DNA of 64,000 nt from Firmicutes bacterium UBA1393 (GTDB lineage: Bacteria > Bacillota > DTU025): assembly GCA_002305255.1 (NCBI GenBank), contig DBQN01000076.1, forward strand, positions 18,799-82,798. The letters run 5' to 3'. The notes below the pieces were generated by a model. It saw only the letters and a list, made by a program, of their open reading frames with translations, was not told where the DNA came from and did no database searches. The position numbers and the translations under genes are program-made. This document shows, piece by piece, positions 9,210-18,635 of the stretch. The first letter of the stretch is position 1. Each line of letters opens with the position of its first letter.

Positions 9210-10220
9210 CTAGGGCATGGATAGGATGGCTGCCAGATCGTAATAGTCCGAGCTGTACGGCCTCTTCATGGCCAGAGACTCTCCGAACGGTATCACTTTG
9301 ATATCGCTGCCCCATATCCCCAGTACGACGTCGCGTCCGCCCGCCAACAACACGTCAACGGCTTTGGCGCCCAAAGTGGTGGCCAGCATCCTGTCGCGCG
9401 CCGACGGAGCCCCACCACGCTGTATGTGCCCGAGCACTATGATCCGGGTGTCGAAGCCAGTGTATTCTGCTATCTGCTGCCCTACACGGTAGCCGCATCC
9501 ATCTGTGAAGAGCTCTCCCTGCGACGCAAGACAGCGCGAGTCGGCACCTTCCGCCACCACGACGATACTGTGGCTCTTGCCGGCTCTAGACCCTTCCATG
9601 ATCTTCTGACATACCTGGCGGATATCGAACTCGACCTCGGGTATGAGTATGCTTTCCGCTCCTCCTGTAAGCCCCGTGTAGAGAGCTATGTGCCCTGCCG
9701 ACCTGCCCATCACTTCGACTACGTATGTACGCTCATGAGACGTCGCCGTATCCCTGATCTTGTTGATAGCGTCAATGACGGTGTTGCAGGCTGTGTCAAA
9801 ACCGATCGCGTACTCCGTCGAGCCGATGTCATTGTCTATAGTAGCGGGAATGCCCACACACGGCATGCCCATGGCTGCGAGGAGGCTCAATCCCGTAAAC
9901 GTTCCGTCGCCGCCAATCCCCACGAGCGCGTCGACTTCATATGTTCTCAGCTGCAGCAGAGCCTTGGCCCTTCCCTCTTCAGTGCGGAACTCATCCGATC
10001 GCGCTGACTTGAGGATGGTTCCCCCTCGCTGCAGTATGTCGCCTACCGTTCGCGATCTCATCTCGCTGAAATCGCCGTTGATAAGACCGTGGAACCCGCG
10101 GCGCACTCCCACGACTTCAAGCCCATGGTAGAGTGCCTTTCGCACCACTGCCCTGATCGCCGCGTTCATGCCCGGGGCGTCACCGCCACTGGTCAATACC
10201 GCGATTCGCCTCAATGGCAC
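9210..10220 (-). CDS. pfkA: ATP-dependent 6-phosphofructokinase.
   Basis: 336 aa with (M)PLRRIAVLTSGGDAPGMNAAIRAVV...GGDGS motifs and a GTG start. Confidence 0.9.
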   Translation of the reverse strand: MPLRRIAVLTSGGDAPGMNAAIRAVVRKALYHGLEVVGVRRGFHGLINGDFSEMRSRTVGDILQRGGTILKSARSDEFRTEEGRAKALLQLRTYEVDALVGIGGDGTFTGLSLLAAMGMPCVGIPATIDNDIGSTEYAIGFDTACNTVIDAINKIRDTATSHERTYVVEVMGRSAGHIALYTGLTGGAESILIPEVEFDIRQVCQKIMEGSRAGKSHSIVVVAEGADSRCLASQGELFTDGCGYRVGQQIAEYTGFDTRIIVLGHIQRGGAPSARDRMLATTLGAKAVDVLLAGGRDVVLGIWGSDIKVIPFGESLAMKRPYSSDYYDLAAILSMP

Positions 10221-10258
10221 CCCTCCCCAAAAGGCGATTCTGTACGCTAGTAAAGATA

Positions 10259-10459
10259 CTATTGACAGGCGTAAGCGTCAAGGACTTCCCTCGCTTCATC
10301 AGCCTCCGACTCCGCCACCATTACCTCGACTTCAGCGTAATCGCCCATCTGCGGCACCCCGACGGGCCGCAGCACCACTGGGATGCCCTCGCCCTTGAGC
10401 ACGTTTCCGATGAGTTCGGCCTCTGCCCTGTTAGAGGCCACAAATACGACAGTCAACAT
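10259..10459 (-). CDS. Small DUF2007-like protein (putative signal-transducing protein).
   Basis: 66 aa (MLTVVFVASNRAEAELIGNVLKGEGIPVVLRPV...), conserved between dnaE and pfkA. Confidence 0.5.
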   Translation of the reverse strand: MLTVVFVASNRAEAELIGNVLKGEGIPVVLRPVGVPQMGDYAEVEVMVAESEADEAREVLDAYACQ

Positions 10460-10474
10460 GTCGCGACACCTCCA

Positions 10475-13400
10475 CTACTGGTCAGGCAGTGTCCAGACCG
10501 CATCGGCCAGGATCTTTGCCCCCTCTTCTTTCACATCTAGCTTGCCCCTCACCGCGATTCGCGCGTCTTCAACGATCAGTTGCCTGCACTGTTCGAAGGT
10601 TCGCGGGAACACGATGACCTCCACTTGCCCCGACATATCCTCCATCTGAACAAAGGCCATGGGCTGCCCGGTGCGGGCAGATATCTGTTTTCGCGCCGTC
10701 ACGACTCCGGCTACCGTGACGACCTCTCCGTCGCGGTGGTTGGGGAGGTCTCTTATCTGTACGCTCGCCACGCTCCGCAATACTGAGGCGATGGATGCCA
10801 GGGGATGCCCTGACAGATACACTCCGAGCAACTCCTTCTCCATAGCAAGTACCTGGTCTTGACGGAACTCAGGCACGTCGGGAAGGGCGGTCAAGCCTGC
10901 ACCGAATTCGGCCGGCGATGAGAAGAGATCAAACAGTGAGGCCTGCCCCGACTGGGCCATCCGCTGCCTCGTAGCCGCGGCTTCGCACACCTGGTCCATA
11001 ACAGTCACCAGCTGCCGCCTGTTCCCGAAGCCATAGAAAGCCCCGACCCTGATGAGGCTCTCCACCGCCTTGCGGTTGACAGTGTTCATGTCTACCCTTG
11101 AGCAGAAGTCGTCCAACGATGTGAACTCGCCGCCGGACGTGCGCTCCGTGATGATGGCGCTCACCGCACCGTCTCCTAGGTTCTTGACCGCACCCAGACC
11201 GAATCGTATGGCCTGCCCTTCCACGGAGAAGGCCCTCAGGCTCTTGTTCACCGAGGGCGGAAGCACCTTCACACCATTGGCTTTGCACACATCGATATAC
11301 ATGCCAATCCGGTCGGATGAACTCATCCACGATGAGAGCGTCGCCGCCATGAACTCAGGGAAGTAGTGGTGCCTCAGGTAAGCCGTCCTATAGGATATCA
11401 GGCCGTAGGCAGCGCTGTGAGATTTGTTGAACCCGTAGCCCGCAAACCTCTGTATCAGAGAGAAGACCTCTGCTGCCACGCGCTCGTCGACGCCTCTCTC
11501 CCTGGCGCCGGCCATGAACTTGCCCTCGAGACTCTGGATGACCTCGGGTTTCTTCTTGCCCATGGCGCGTCGCAGCATGTCGGCCTCACCCAGGCTGAAT
11601 CCAGCCAGCTCGCTGGCTACCTGCATCACCTGTTCCTGATACAGCATCACACCGTAGGTGGGGCTGAGTATCCTCTCGAGCGCGGGGTGGGGGTAACGGA
11701 CACAGGCGTGGTCCCGTTTGCCCCTGACAAAGTCGCCGGCCATCACCATCGGGCCGGGGCGGCCCAGTGCCACGATGGCAACTATGTCTTCGAATCTCGT
11801 GGGCTTGACCTCGCGAAGCATGTTCTGGAACATGCTGCTCTCCAGCTGGAACACGCCCTCCGACTCTGCCCGGCACAGCATGGCGTACACATCGGGATCA
11901 TCGAGGGGTATGGAGTCCATGTCCACCCTTTCCCCGCGAGTTTGCTCGATCATGTCGACGCACTGCCCTATCACCGTGAGGGTACGAAGGCCGAGGAAGT
12001 CCATCTTGAGTATCCCGAGGCATTCCAGAGCATCCATTGCATACTGCGTAGTCACTACGCCATCATTTGTCTTGAACAAAGGAACGTGTCGAGTGATGGT
12101 GTCGGCCGAGATGACCACACCTGCGGCATGCACCGACGGATGCCGCGGCGCACCCTCCACCGCTTTCGCCATGGTTATCATCTCGCGCACTGCGGGGCTT
12201 CCGGCCACGGCGGCAGATAGCTCCGGCGACAGCTCCAATGCCCTGTCGATCGTCATGTTCAGTTCATTGGGCACGAGTTTGGCAATGCGATCCACCTCGT
12301 TGTAGGCGAGCTTGAGTGCCCTACCCACGTCCCTGATGGCCGCGCGCGCTCCGAGGGTGCCGAAGGTGATGATCTGCGCTACCCTGTCAGACCCGTACTT
12401 TGCCGCGACATACTCGATGACTTCGCCTCGCCGCTCATAGCAGAAGTCAACGTCTATGTCGGGCATCGTCACGCGCTCAGGATTGAGGAACCTCTCAAAC
12501 AAGAGGCCGTACTTGAGGGGGTCTATATCCGTGATCCCCAGGCAGTACGCCACAAGACTGCCCGGAACCGAGCCCCTGCCCGGGCCGACGTATATGCCGC
12601 GGCTCTTTGCGAAACTTATGAAATCCCACACAATCAGGAAGTAGCCTGAGTAGCCCATACGTTGGATGATGCCGAGCTCGAACCGGAGCCTGCTCTCTAT
12701 CTCAGCCGTCAACTCCGGGTATCGCCTGGCGGCGCCTTCCCGGCACAACCTGGCCAGGTAGGAGTCGCGGGTCTCACCTTCAGGTGGAGTGTAGTCAGGC
12801 ACGTGCATGTGGCCGAAATCCAACTCCACATTGCACATCTCGGCGATCCTCAGAGTGTTCTGGCATGCCCCCGGAATACTGCCAAGGGCACGGTGCATCT
12901 CCTCAGGCGACTTCAGGTAGAACTGGTCGGTGGGAAACCGCATTCTCCCAGGGTCATCGATGGTGGATGCAGTCTGGATGCAGAGCAACACGTCGTGCGC
13001 ACGGGCATCTTCACGCCTCAGGTAATGCGCATCATTGGTCGCCACGAGCGGTGCTCCGGTGACACGCGCAAGCTCAATCAGGCGGCGGTTCACGTCTTCC
13101 TGAACCTGCATCCCATTAGACTGCACCTCAAGGAAGAAGTGCTCCGGACCGAAGATGTCACGATAAACGCCTACAGCCCTACTGGCCTCATCCAAACTGC
13201 CTGTTCTGAGACGGCGTGGCACTTCCCCCGAAAGGCACGCCGAAAGCGCTACCAGTCCGGCAGAGTGTTGAGCGAGGTAGTCCTTGTCTACGCGTGGCTT
13301 GTAGTAGAACCCCTGGGTATAGGCAGCGCTCGAGATCTCCATCAGGTTGGCGTAGCCTACGTCGTTGGCCGCCAGCAGTATGAGATGGTATGGGTCGTCA

Positions 13401-13654
13401 TCAAGCCTGCCCTCGCGCTGGTGCATGCTGCGCTGAGCCACGTAGACCTCGCATCCGATGATCGGCTTGAGACCTGCCTCGCGCATGCTGCGGTAGAACT
13501 CCACAGCACCAAACAGGCAGCCGTGGTCGGTGATGGCGCACGAGGCCATCCCCAGCTCCTTGAGGCGCGCTGGTAAGAGGTCAGTCCTGCAAGCTCCGTC
13601 CACTCACAGGAGGGAGTATTGCGTATGTAGATGCAGATGCACAAACTCCCCCAT
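10475..13654 (-). CDS. dnaE: DNA polymerase III alpha subunit, DnaE type. An in-frame TGA lies at 13604-13606, 17 codons after an RBS-preceded ATG. The uninterrupted ORF is 10475-13603 with a GTG start.
   Basis: 1042 aa downstream of the TGA, with PHP, polymerase and OB domains. Upstream and in frame the sequence reads cagaGGAGGtggtctgATG GGG GAG TTT GTG CAT CTG CAT CTA CAT ACG CAA TAC TCC CTC CTG TGA GTG GAC. That is MGEFVHLHLHTQYSLL*VDGACR, the conserved DnaE N-terminal PHP motif. The dnaE-x-pfkA synteny is Firmicutes-like. Confidence 0.8.
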
Positions 13655-13741
13655 CAGACCACCTCCTCTGGAAAAACAGTATCATTCCATGGACTCAGGC
13701 CGTATGAGAGCTTGACTCTCGTACGGCCCGATACCTGATCG

Positions 13742-13924
13742 TCAAGGAAGATCGTCGCGGCGCGCGTTCGGCGGCTCCAGGCTCATCGACCACCAGCCCT
13801 TGATGTCGGAATCTGGCATGCCATCCTCTTGCCATTCCATCTCGAGGAGGATCGCGTCGATGATGTCGCTGTCGCTGTACTCGGAAGGTATTCTGCCGAC
13901 GCCGTTCATTCTGAACACCTCCAC
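13742..13924 (-). CDS. Small acidic hypothetical protein (about 55-60 aa).
   Basis: An ORF between the aminopeptidase and dnaE, with GAGGTG 6 nt upstream of an internal ATG. No homology recognised. Confidence 0.3.
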   Translation of the reverse strand: MEVFRMNGVGRIPSEYSDSDIIDAILLEMEWQEDGMPDSDIKGWWSMSLEPPNARRDDLP

Positions 13925-13964
13925 GGTTGCGCCCCTTGGCGCATGCTCTATTACATCACACGCC

Positions 13965-14918
13965 TCAATCCGTAAACTTCCCTGATTCCATAATGGTTAC
14001 GCCGTCGATGACCACTGTTGGCGCGAGCACGATCCCATCAAGATGACTGGGCACGCTGACGATGCCGCCCATGTGGCTGTTGTCGCCTATTGCGATGTGG
14101 ATCGTGCCCATGACCTTCTCGTCCTCCAGCACGCTGCCGGTGAGTACTGCCCGCTCGTTTGTGCCGATGCCCAGCTCGGCAATGTTCCGGGCCGCCAGGC
14201 CAAGGGGGGCTATGATGCTCTCCAGTACCTCAGCGGCTTTCCCGCCACTGATATCAACAGCATAGCCATTCTCCACCCGTATCCTGACCTTCTCTCCGAC
14301 GTACTCCTGGCCGGCCATGGCGCCGTCGGCCACGAACACCCCGTTGGCCTTGCCTTCCACGGGCGCTATATAGGCTTCCCCGGCCGGCAAGTTTCCGAAA
14401 GCTCCCGGCTCACGAAGGATCCCAGTGTCAGGTTCTCCTGAGCGCCCGTCGAGCACCAACGTAAGATCCGTGCCGTCGGCATTGGTTATCCTGACGCTGC
14501 TGCCACGCGTGAGGATGTCGGCATACTTGCGTGAGCGGGCCGCTACCGCGTGGTAATCCGCGGCAAGGCACCGCGCCATGCACTCCTCCGAGATGCCCGG
14601 AAGTGTGGCGCAGCGCACACCGGCCTTCGACGCCTCTTCCCTGGCAACGGTGTGGCTCAAGGACTTGCTGGTCGGCGCCAGTACGATATCGACGTGCTTC
14701 ATGATCTCGGCTATGCCCCTCGGAGGCTCTTCGCCGTTGCGGGTTCTGGGCAGCATCTCCACGACCATGGCCTCAAGGCCAAGGAGCCGTCCTGCCTCAA
14801 AAAGCGCGCGCCCAATACGGTGTGTGCCCTCATCCATAATGACCAGCATGGACTCGCCTGCTTTCGCTCCCATGCAGTCACGTACGGCGATGATGGCCGC
14901 ATCCTGCAGACTCGGCAT
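13965..14918 (-). CDS. Aminopeptidase-like protein (M29/AmpS-like thermophilic metalloprotease family, short form).
   Basis: 317 aa with a C-terminal GTIHIAIGDNSHMGG-like motif reminiscent of peptidase M29. Family assignment is tentative. Confidence 0.45.
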   Translation of the reverse strand: MPSLQDAAIIAVRDCMGAKAGESMLVIMDEGTHRIGRALFEAGRLLGLEAMVVEMLPRTRNGEEPPRGIAEIMKHVDIVLAPTSKSLSHTVAREEASKAGVRCATLPGISEECMARCLAADYHAVAARSRKYADILTRGSSVRITNADGTDLTLVLDGRSGEPDTGILREPGAFGNLPAGEAYIAPVEGKANGVFVADGAMAGQEYVGEKVRIRVENGYAVDISGGKAAEVLESIIAPLGLAARNIAELGIGTNERAVLTGSVLEDEKVMGTIHIAIGDNSHMGGIVSVPSHLDGIVLAPTVVIDGVTIMESGKFTD

Positions 14919-15084
14919 GACTAGTCCCCCTCTACTCTGCAGCTGTCACAGTGTCAGACGTCGGAAGGCCTTTGGTTCATCTTCCGTGCATCTTCATATT
15001 ATCATAAATCGACAGGTCAGGTAGGCTCTCGGGAAAAGCAACGGCAACGATGGCGAATCGTGACTCATGGTAGTATAATTGGAG

Positions 15085-15236
15085 AGGTGTATGAACCTGA
15101 CCAACAAAGGGGGGAACACTGGTGGACGGTGACCCGGGGAGTAGGTGCCCTGCGTTACGCCGAACGTGCCTCGAAAAGGCCAACACTACTAAGGGGCCAA
15201 GATCCGCCAGTGTGCCTGGCCGGGTCTGACGCCCCT
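15085..15236 (+). ncRNA. Candidate M-box (ykoK) Mg2+ riboswitch in the mgtE leader.
   Basis: The leader has M-box-like blocks (AGGTGCCCTGCGTTACGCC...CGAAAAGGCCAAC...ACTACTAAGGGGCC...CAGTGTGCCTGG). A CCCC/GGGGG helix can sequester the RBS. MgtE is the canonical M-box-regulated gene in Firmicutes. Confidence 0.45.
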
Positions 15237-15238
15237 GC

Positions 15239-16606
15239 TTGGGGGTGTCGAAAGTGGAAACCAACATCGCGGCCCTGGTCGAGAAGGTCCGCGCACTCAT
15301 CCTCTCTCAGTCGGCCGACGAACTGATCGGCCTCATCGATGACCTTCATCCAGCCGACATCGTGGATATGCTGCAATCCCTCGACGACTCTGAGAGGGAA
15401 GCCTTCTTCAGGATTATCCCAGTGGAGAAGGCAGGCGAGATCCTTGGCGAGCTCGAGTTCGAAGATCAGGCAGGGATAATCGACTCCATAGGCTTGTCGC
15501 GGTCGTCACAGATCATCAGCGAGATGGCCACCGACGACGCAGCCGACCTCATCGCCGAACTGCCGGCCGACCATCGCGACCAGATCCTCGACGCGATGAA
15601 CTCAGAGGGCGAAGAGCTGCGTGGCCTGCTGCGTTATGAGGAAGACTCCTCGGGCGGCATCATGACCACCGAGTACGTGGCGGTGAAGGCTGATTGGACT
15701 GCGGAGTACACCATGGCGCAGCTGCGCAAGTCGGCGCCAGACGTCCACACAGCCTACTACATCTACGTGATAGACGCGGCTGACCGCCTCGTGGGCGTGA
15801 TAAGCCTGAGGGAACTGGTCATCGCCGACCTGAACGCACGGATCGCCGACATCATGGACGACAATGTGCAGTCGGTGCATGTCGATGCCGACCAGGAAGA
15901 AGTCGTGCAGATGTTCCAGAAGTACAGATATCTGGCTCTGCCCGTGGTAGACAGCGACGGCGTCCTAACCGGCATCATCACTGCAGATGACGTGCTTGAC
16001 GTAGCGGAAGAAGAGGCTACTGAGGACATTCAGAAAATCGCCGCCGTGGTGCCCCTCGACAAGCCCTACTTCTCCACGAGACTGCGTGAGCTGTTCAAGA
16101 GCAGGATCGTATGGCTGATGGTGCTGTTCCTAGCCGAGTCGATAACCGGCGGCATCCTTCAGAAGTTCAGTGACACCATGAAGAGCGCTATAGAGCTTAC
16201 GTTCTTCATACCGCTGCTCATTGACTCGGGTGGCAACGCCGGCGCACAGGCGGCAACTACGGTAATCCGAGGCCTTGCCGTTCGCGATATCCGCATCAAG
16301 GATCTCGGCCGGGTGCTAGGCCGCGAACTCGCCCTCGGCCTCATCCTTGGATGCGCCATGGCCGCTGTGGCTTTCCTCAGGGCCGGTCGAGTGGGTGGCG
16401 GTTTCGAGATTCCGATGGTGGTGGCTGCTTCGGTGTTTGCCATCGTCACAATGGCCACGGCAGTCGGAGCGCTACTTCCGATGGCAGCCGTCGCACTCAA
16501 GGTAGACCCTGCTACTATGTCAGCTCCGCTGGTCACCACGATCGTTGACGGTCTCGGACTGACGATCTACTTCTTTATCGCCAAGGCTGTGCTCTTGGGG
16601 GCATAG
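15239..16606 (+). CDS. mgtE: Magnesium transporter MgtE (N-domain, tandem CBS, TM domain).
   Basis: 455 aa with a DDLHPADIVDML-type N-domain, CBS pair and MgtE TM region. The start is ambiguous: the track ORF begins with TTG at 15239, and an alternative GTG at 15254 follows GGGGGTG. Confidence 0.9.
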   Translation: MGVSKVETNIAALVEKVRALILSQSADELIGLIDDLHPADIVDMLQSLDDSEREAFFRIIPVEKAGEILGELEFEDQAGIIDSIGLSRSSQIISEMATDDAADLIAELPADHRDQILDAMNSEGEELRGLLRYEEDSSGGIMTTEYVAVKADWTAEYTMAQLRKSAPDVHTAYYIYVIDAADRLVGVISLRELVIADLNARIADIMDDNVQSVHVDADQEEVVQMFQKYRYLALPVVDSDGVLTGIITADDVLDVAEEEATEDIQKIAAVVPLDKPYFSTRLRELFKSRIVWLMVLFLAESITGGILQKFSDTMKSAIELTFFIPLLIDSGGNAGAQAATTVIRGLAVRDIRIKDLGRVLGRELALGLILGCAMAAVAFLRAGRVGGGFEIPMVVAASVFAIVTMATAVGALLPMAAVALKVDPATMSAPLVTTIVDGLGLTIYFFIAKAVLLGA

Positions 16607-16671
16607 GCAACCCCCGACCAGATATGACACATGCCGGGGCTCCGCAGATCGGATGCCCCGGCACTCCATCG

Positions 16672-17664
16672 TCAGTAGTCAGCACATGCCTCTGCGCTTC
16701 TCAAGCTCTCCTGACCCGCCGCATCCCTTGCTACCACCACGAACCTCACCGTCGAACCCTTGTTCGCGGCGGAAAGGCCGACAACGGCCGAAGCAGCAGG
16801 CGCCTCCACAGTGTCGCACCTACTCGAAGAATACCTGTCGAACTCCGAGTACCTCCAGTACACTCGGTAGGACGTAACCCACTCAGCCCCGGGGTCCCAC
16901 GACACATGCGCCTGGGTGCCCTCGATAGACACCATGACGTTCTGGGGCGGAGGAGGCATGGCCCGAAGGTCCAGATAGATCTGGAGATCGCCGAAGGCGG
17001 GGCTCCATTGGACTGTGGTCAGCCTGCCGGGTCGCACTCCGAACGACTCGTAGGCGCTTTCATATACCGCCGTTCCATCTGATGCCTTCAACACGATCTT
17101 CATATCATACGATCTTGGGATGTAGCCTGTGTCCTCTGCAACGAGGGGCGAAGAGTCTAGTGGAAGTCCCGTGTAGGACCTGTAGGCTGACGTGCCGCCG
17201 GCGTAATACACCATGATGTCGACTGTAGCGGCCTGCTCCGCGCCGGGCAGTTCGCGCGCATCCACCTCCAGCCTGACACTGCCGTCGAGGGGCTTTAGGA
17301 CCAGCTCAGTCGATGTGGATGCATCGCGCTTGACAACGACCTTGCCCGTCCCCGTGTAGGTTGCGTAGCCTTCGGTGTCAAAGGCCGTTGCCTGGATGTT
17401 CCACGATCCGGCCGCGAGTCCGGCTAGCTGAGCGGTGGCGGACGTTCCGACCACAGGCGCCTCTGCCGACACGGTGGTAGCACCACTGGTCAGCACAACC
17501 ACCACCTTGTCTAGCTGCTCGGGGGCGGAGGGCACTGTTCTGACGTTCGCTTGTAGCGATACATCACCGACACCGTCGGCGGTACCTCCCCCTGGGGAGC
17601 AACCTGCGCCGATGCACGCGACCAGGGCAAGCACACACACCAGACACCATCTCTTCACCGTCAA
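16672..17664 (-). CDS. Lipoprotein of unknown function (beta-rich, possibly Ig/FN3-like).
   Basis: Signal peptide with lipobox (MTVKRWCLVCVLALVACIGAGC|S). Confidence 0.55.
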   Translation of the reverse strand: MTVKRWCLVCVLALVACIGAGCSPGGGTADGVGDVSLQANVRTVPSAPEQLDKVVVVLTSGATTVSAEAPVVGTSATAQLAGLAAGSWNIQATAFDTEGYATYTGTGKVVVKRDASTSTELVLKPLDGSVRLEVDARELPGAEQAATVDIMVYYAGGTSAYRSYTGLPLDSSPLVAEDTGYIPRSYDMKIVLKASDGTAVYESAYESFGVRPGRLTTVQWSPAFGDLQIYLDLRAMPPPPQNVMVSIEGTQAHVSWDPGAEWVTSYRVYWRYSEFDRYSSSRCDTVEAPAASAVVGLSAANKGSTVRFVVVARDAAGQESLRSAEACADY

Positions 17665-17783
17665 TCCATCTCCTTCCTTGTGATGTTATTGGCGGTGCAG
17701 TACTTCTTCCGTGATTGCCCAATCCCTCCATCTAACCCCATCACCATCCGGGTGATCTTTGAGATGATGTCATCAGCATGGGT

Positions 17784-17815
17784 ACAAGAAAACACACCCT
17801 GCCAACGGCAGGGTG
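17784..17815 (-). terminator. Rho-independent terminator of the tRNA-Gln/tRNA-Glu transcription unit.
   Basis: Minus strand: caccctgcc-gttg-gcagggtg followed by TGTTTTCTTGT. Confidence 0.65.
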
Positions 17816-17823
17816 CTCAATCT

Positions 17824-17901
17824 TGGTAGCCCCGACGGAATTCGAATCCGTGTCTTCGCCTTGAGAGGGCGACGTCCTAGGCCACTAGACCACGGGGCCA
17901 C
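17824..17901 (-). tRNA. tRNA-Glu(CTC).
   Basis: Reverse complement: gtggccccgtggtctagtggcctaggacgtcgccctCTCaaggcgaagacacggattcgaattccgtcggggctaCCA. Confidence 0.8.
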
Positions 17902-17906
17902 GATAT

Positions 17907-17979
17907 GGCTGGGGAGGAAGGATTCGAACCCTCGCAATCAGATCCAGAGTCTGACGTCCTACCACTAGACGACTCCCCA
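17907..17979 (-). tRNA. tRNA-Gln(CTG).
   Basis: Reverse complement: tggggagtcgtctagtggtaggacgtcagactCTGgatctgattgcgagggttcgaatccttcctccccagCCA. It lies 5 nt upstream of tRNA-Glu. Confidence 0.8.
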
Positions 17980-17998
17980 ACAACGTCCGACGAAGCTG

Positions 17999-18027
17999 AT
18001 TATAGCATGCGTGCATCTGTTTGTAAA
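17999..18027 (-). promoter_or_regulatory. Sigma-A promoter for the tRNA-Gln/Glu operon: TTTACA, 17-nt spacer, TATAAT.
   Basis: Minus strand TTTACAaacagatgcacgcatgcTATAATcagcttcgtcggacgttg, followed by the tRNA 5' end. Confidence 0.6.
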
Positions 18028-18144
18028 CACATGCGAGTGCTCTGGTGTTGCGAATGATCTGAGTACTGGAGCAGATGCTGTCATCATGAAGGGGGCAGAT
18101 TCCTCCGCCCCCTGTTCTGCCTCCCCGGCCCCTGTGTGAGGCAG

Positions 18145-18555
18145 CTAGAAACGGGCTACTTGGCCGTTGTGTATCTCCAGGCTCCAGTTGAGACCGTAGT
18201 TGTTGTCCCAGTTATTGGCGCGATCCTTGAAGCAGAAATTGAGCCTCGAATCCTCTTTGGGATCCAGCGGGACCGTGGCCTTCCAGACCCCTGGCTTCTC
18301 ATTCTGCATGGGGATGTCACGTATCTCGCGCCATGAACCATGACCGAAGCCGGCGTGGAGGTACACCTGGTCAGCACCGGAACTGGCCAGAAGACCGTTG
18401 TACTTCACGGTCAGCGTTTCGCCTGCTGTGAGTGGCAACGGAGATACCGACACTCCACCCACGAGTGAGCTTTGCTTCGCCGTCCCCTTGGTGGAGGTCT
18501 TCTTCTTGGTCGTTCCTCCGACAGACTCAGTCCCCAGCTGCGATGCTATCTCCAT
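18145..18555 (-). CDS. Small protein with a CBM25/26-like starch/glycan-binding module.
   Basis: The C-terminal VKYNGLLASSGADQVYLHAGFGHGSWREI...GVWKATVPL...NFCFKDRANNWDNNYGLNWS matches the CBM25 pattern. The likely start is the internal ATG (MEIASQLG) after AGAGGT. The track ORF starts with GTG at 18588. Confidence 0.55.
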   Translation of the reverse strand: MEIASQLGTESVGGTTKKKTSTKGTAKQSSLVGGVSVSPLPLTAGETLTVKYNGLLASSGADQVYLHAGFGHGSWREIRDIPMQNEKPGVWKATVPLDPKEDSRLNFCFKDRANNWDNNYGLNWSLEIHNGQVARF

Positions 18556-18635
18556 ATCGTCTGACCTCTGTCGTCTCTGCCATAACACCCGGCAAGCCCC
18601 CCTTTCGGCGATAGTGTTTCGCCTGGGGGTGCTGC

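Noticed and set aside
8596-9315. The 239-aa version of the spoVT ORF extending into pfkA.
   Set aside because: The N-terminal 60 residues have no similarity to SpoVT and overlap the pfkA 3' end. A GTG preceded by GGGAGGG gives the canonical MKATGIV start.
11366-13576. Long plus-strand ORFs (11366-12220, 12662-13576) opposite dnaE. Similar antisense ORFs occur elsewhere, for example 20565-21944, 23179-23955, 34981-35910 and 37110-38114.
   Set aside because: These are shadow ORFs typical of high-GC DNA. Their products are Arg/His/Gly-rich and low complexity, and they lie fully inside well-supported genes on the other strand.
13604-13606. TGA in dnaE as a genome-wide reassigned sense codon (code 4 or 25).
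   Set aside because: ecfA1 and ecfA2 terminate exactly at TGA with the expected C-termini, so TGA functions as a stop here.
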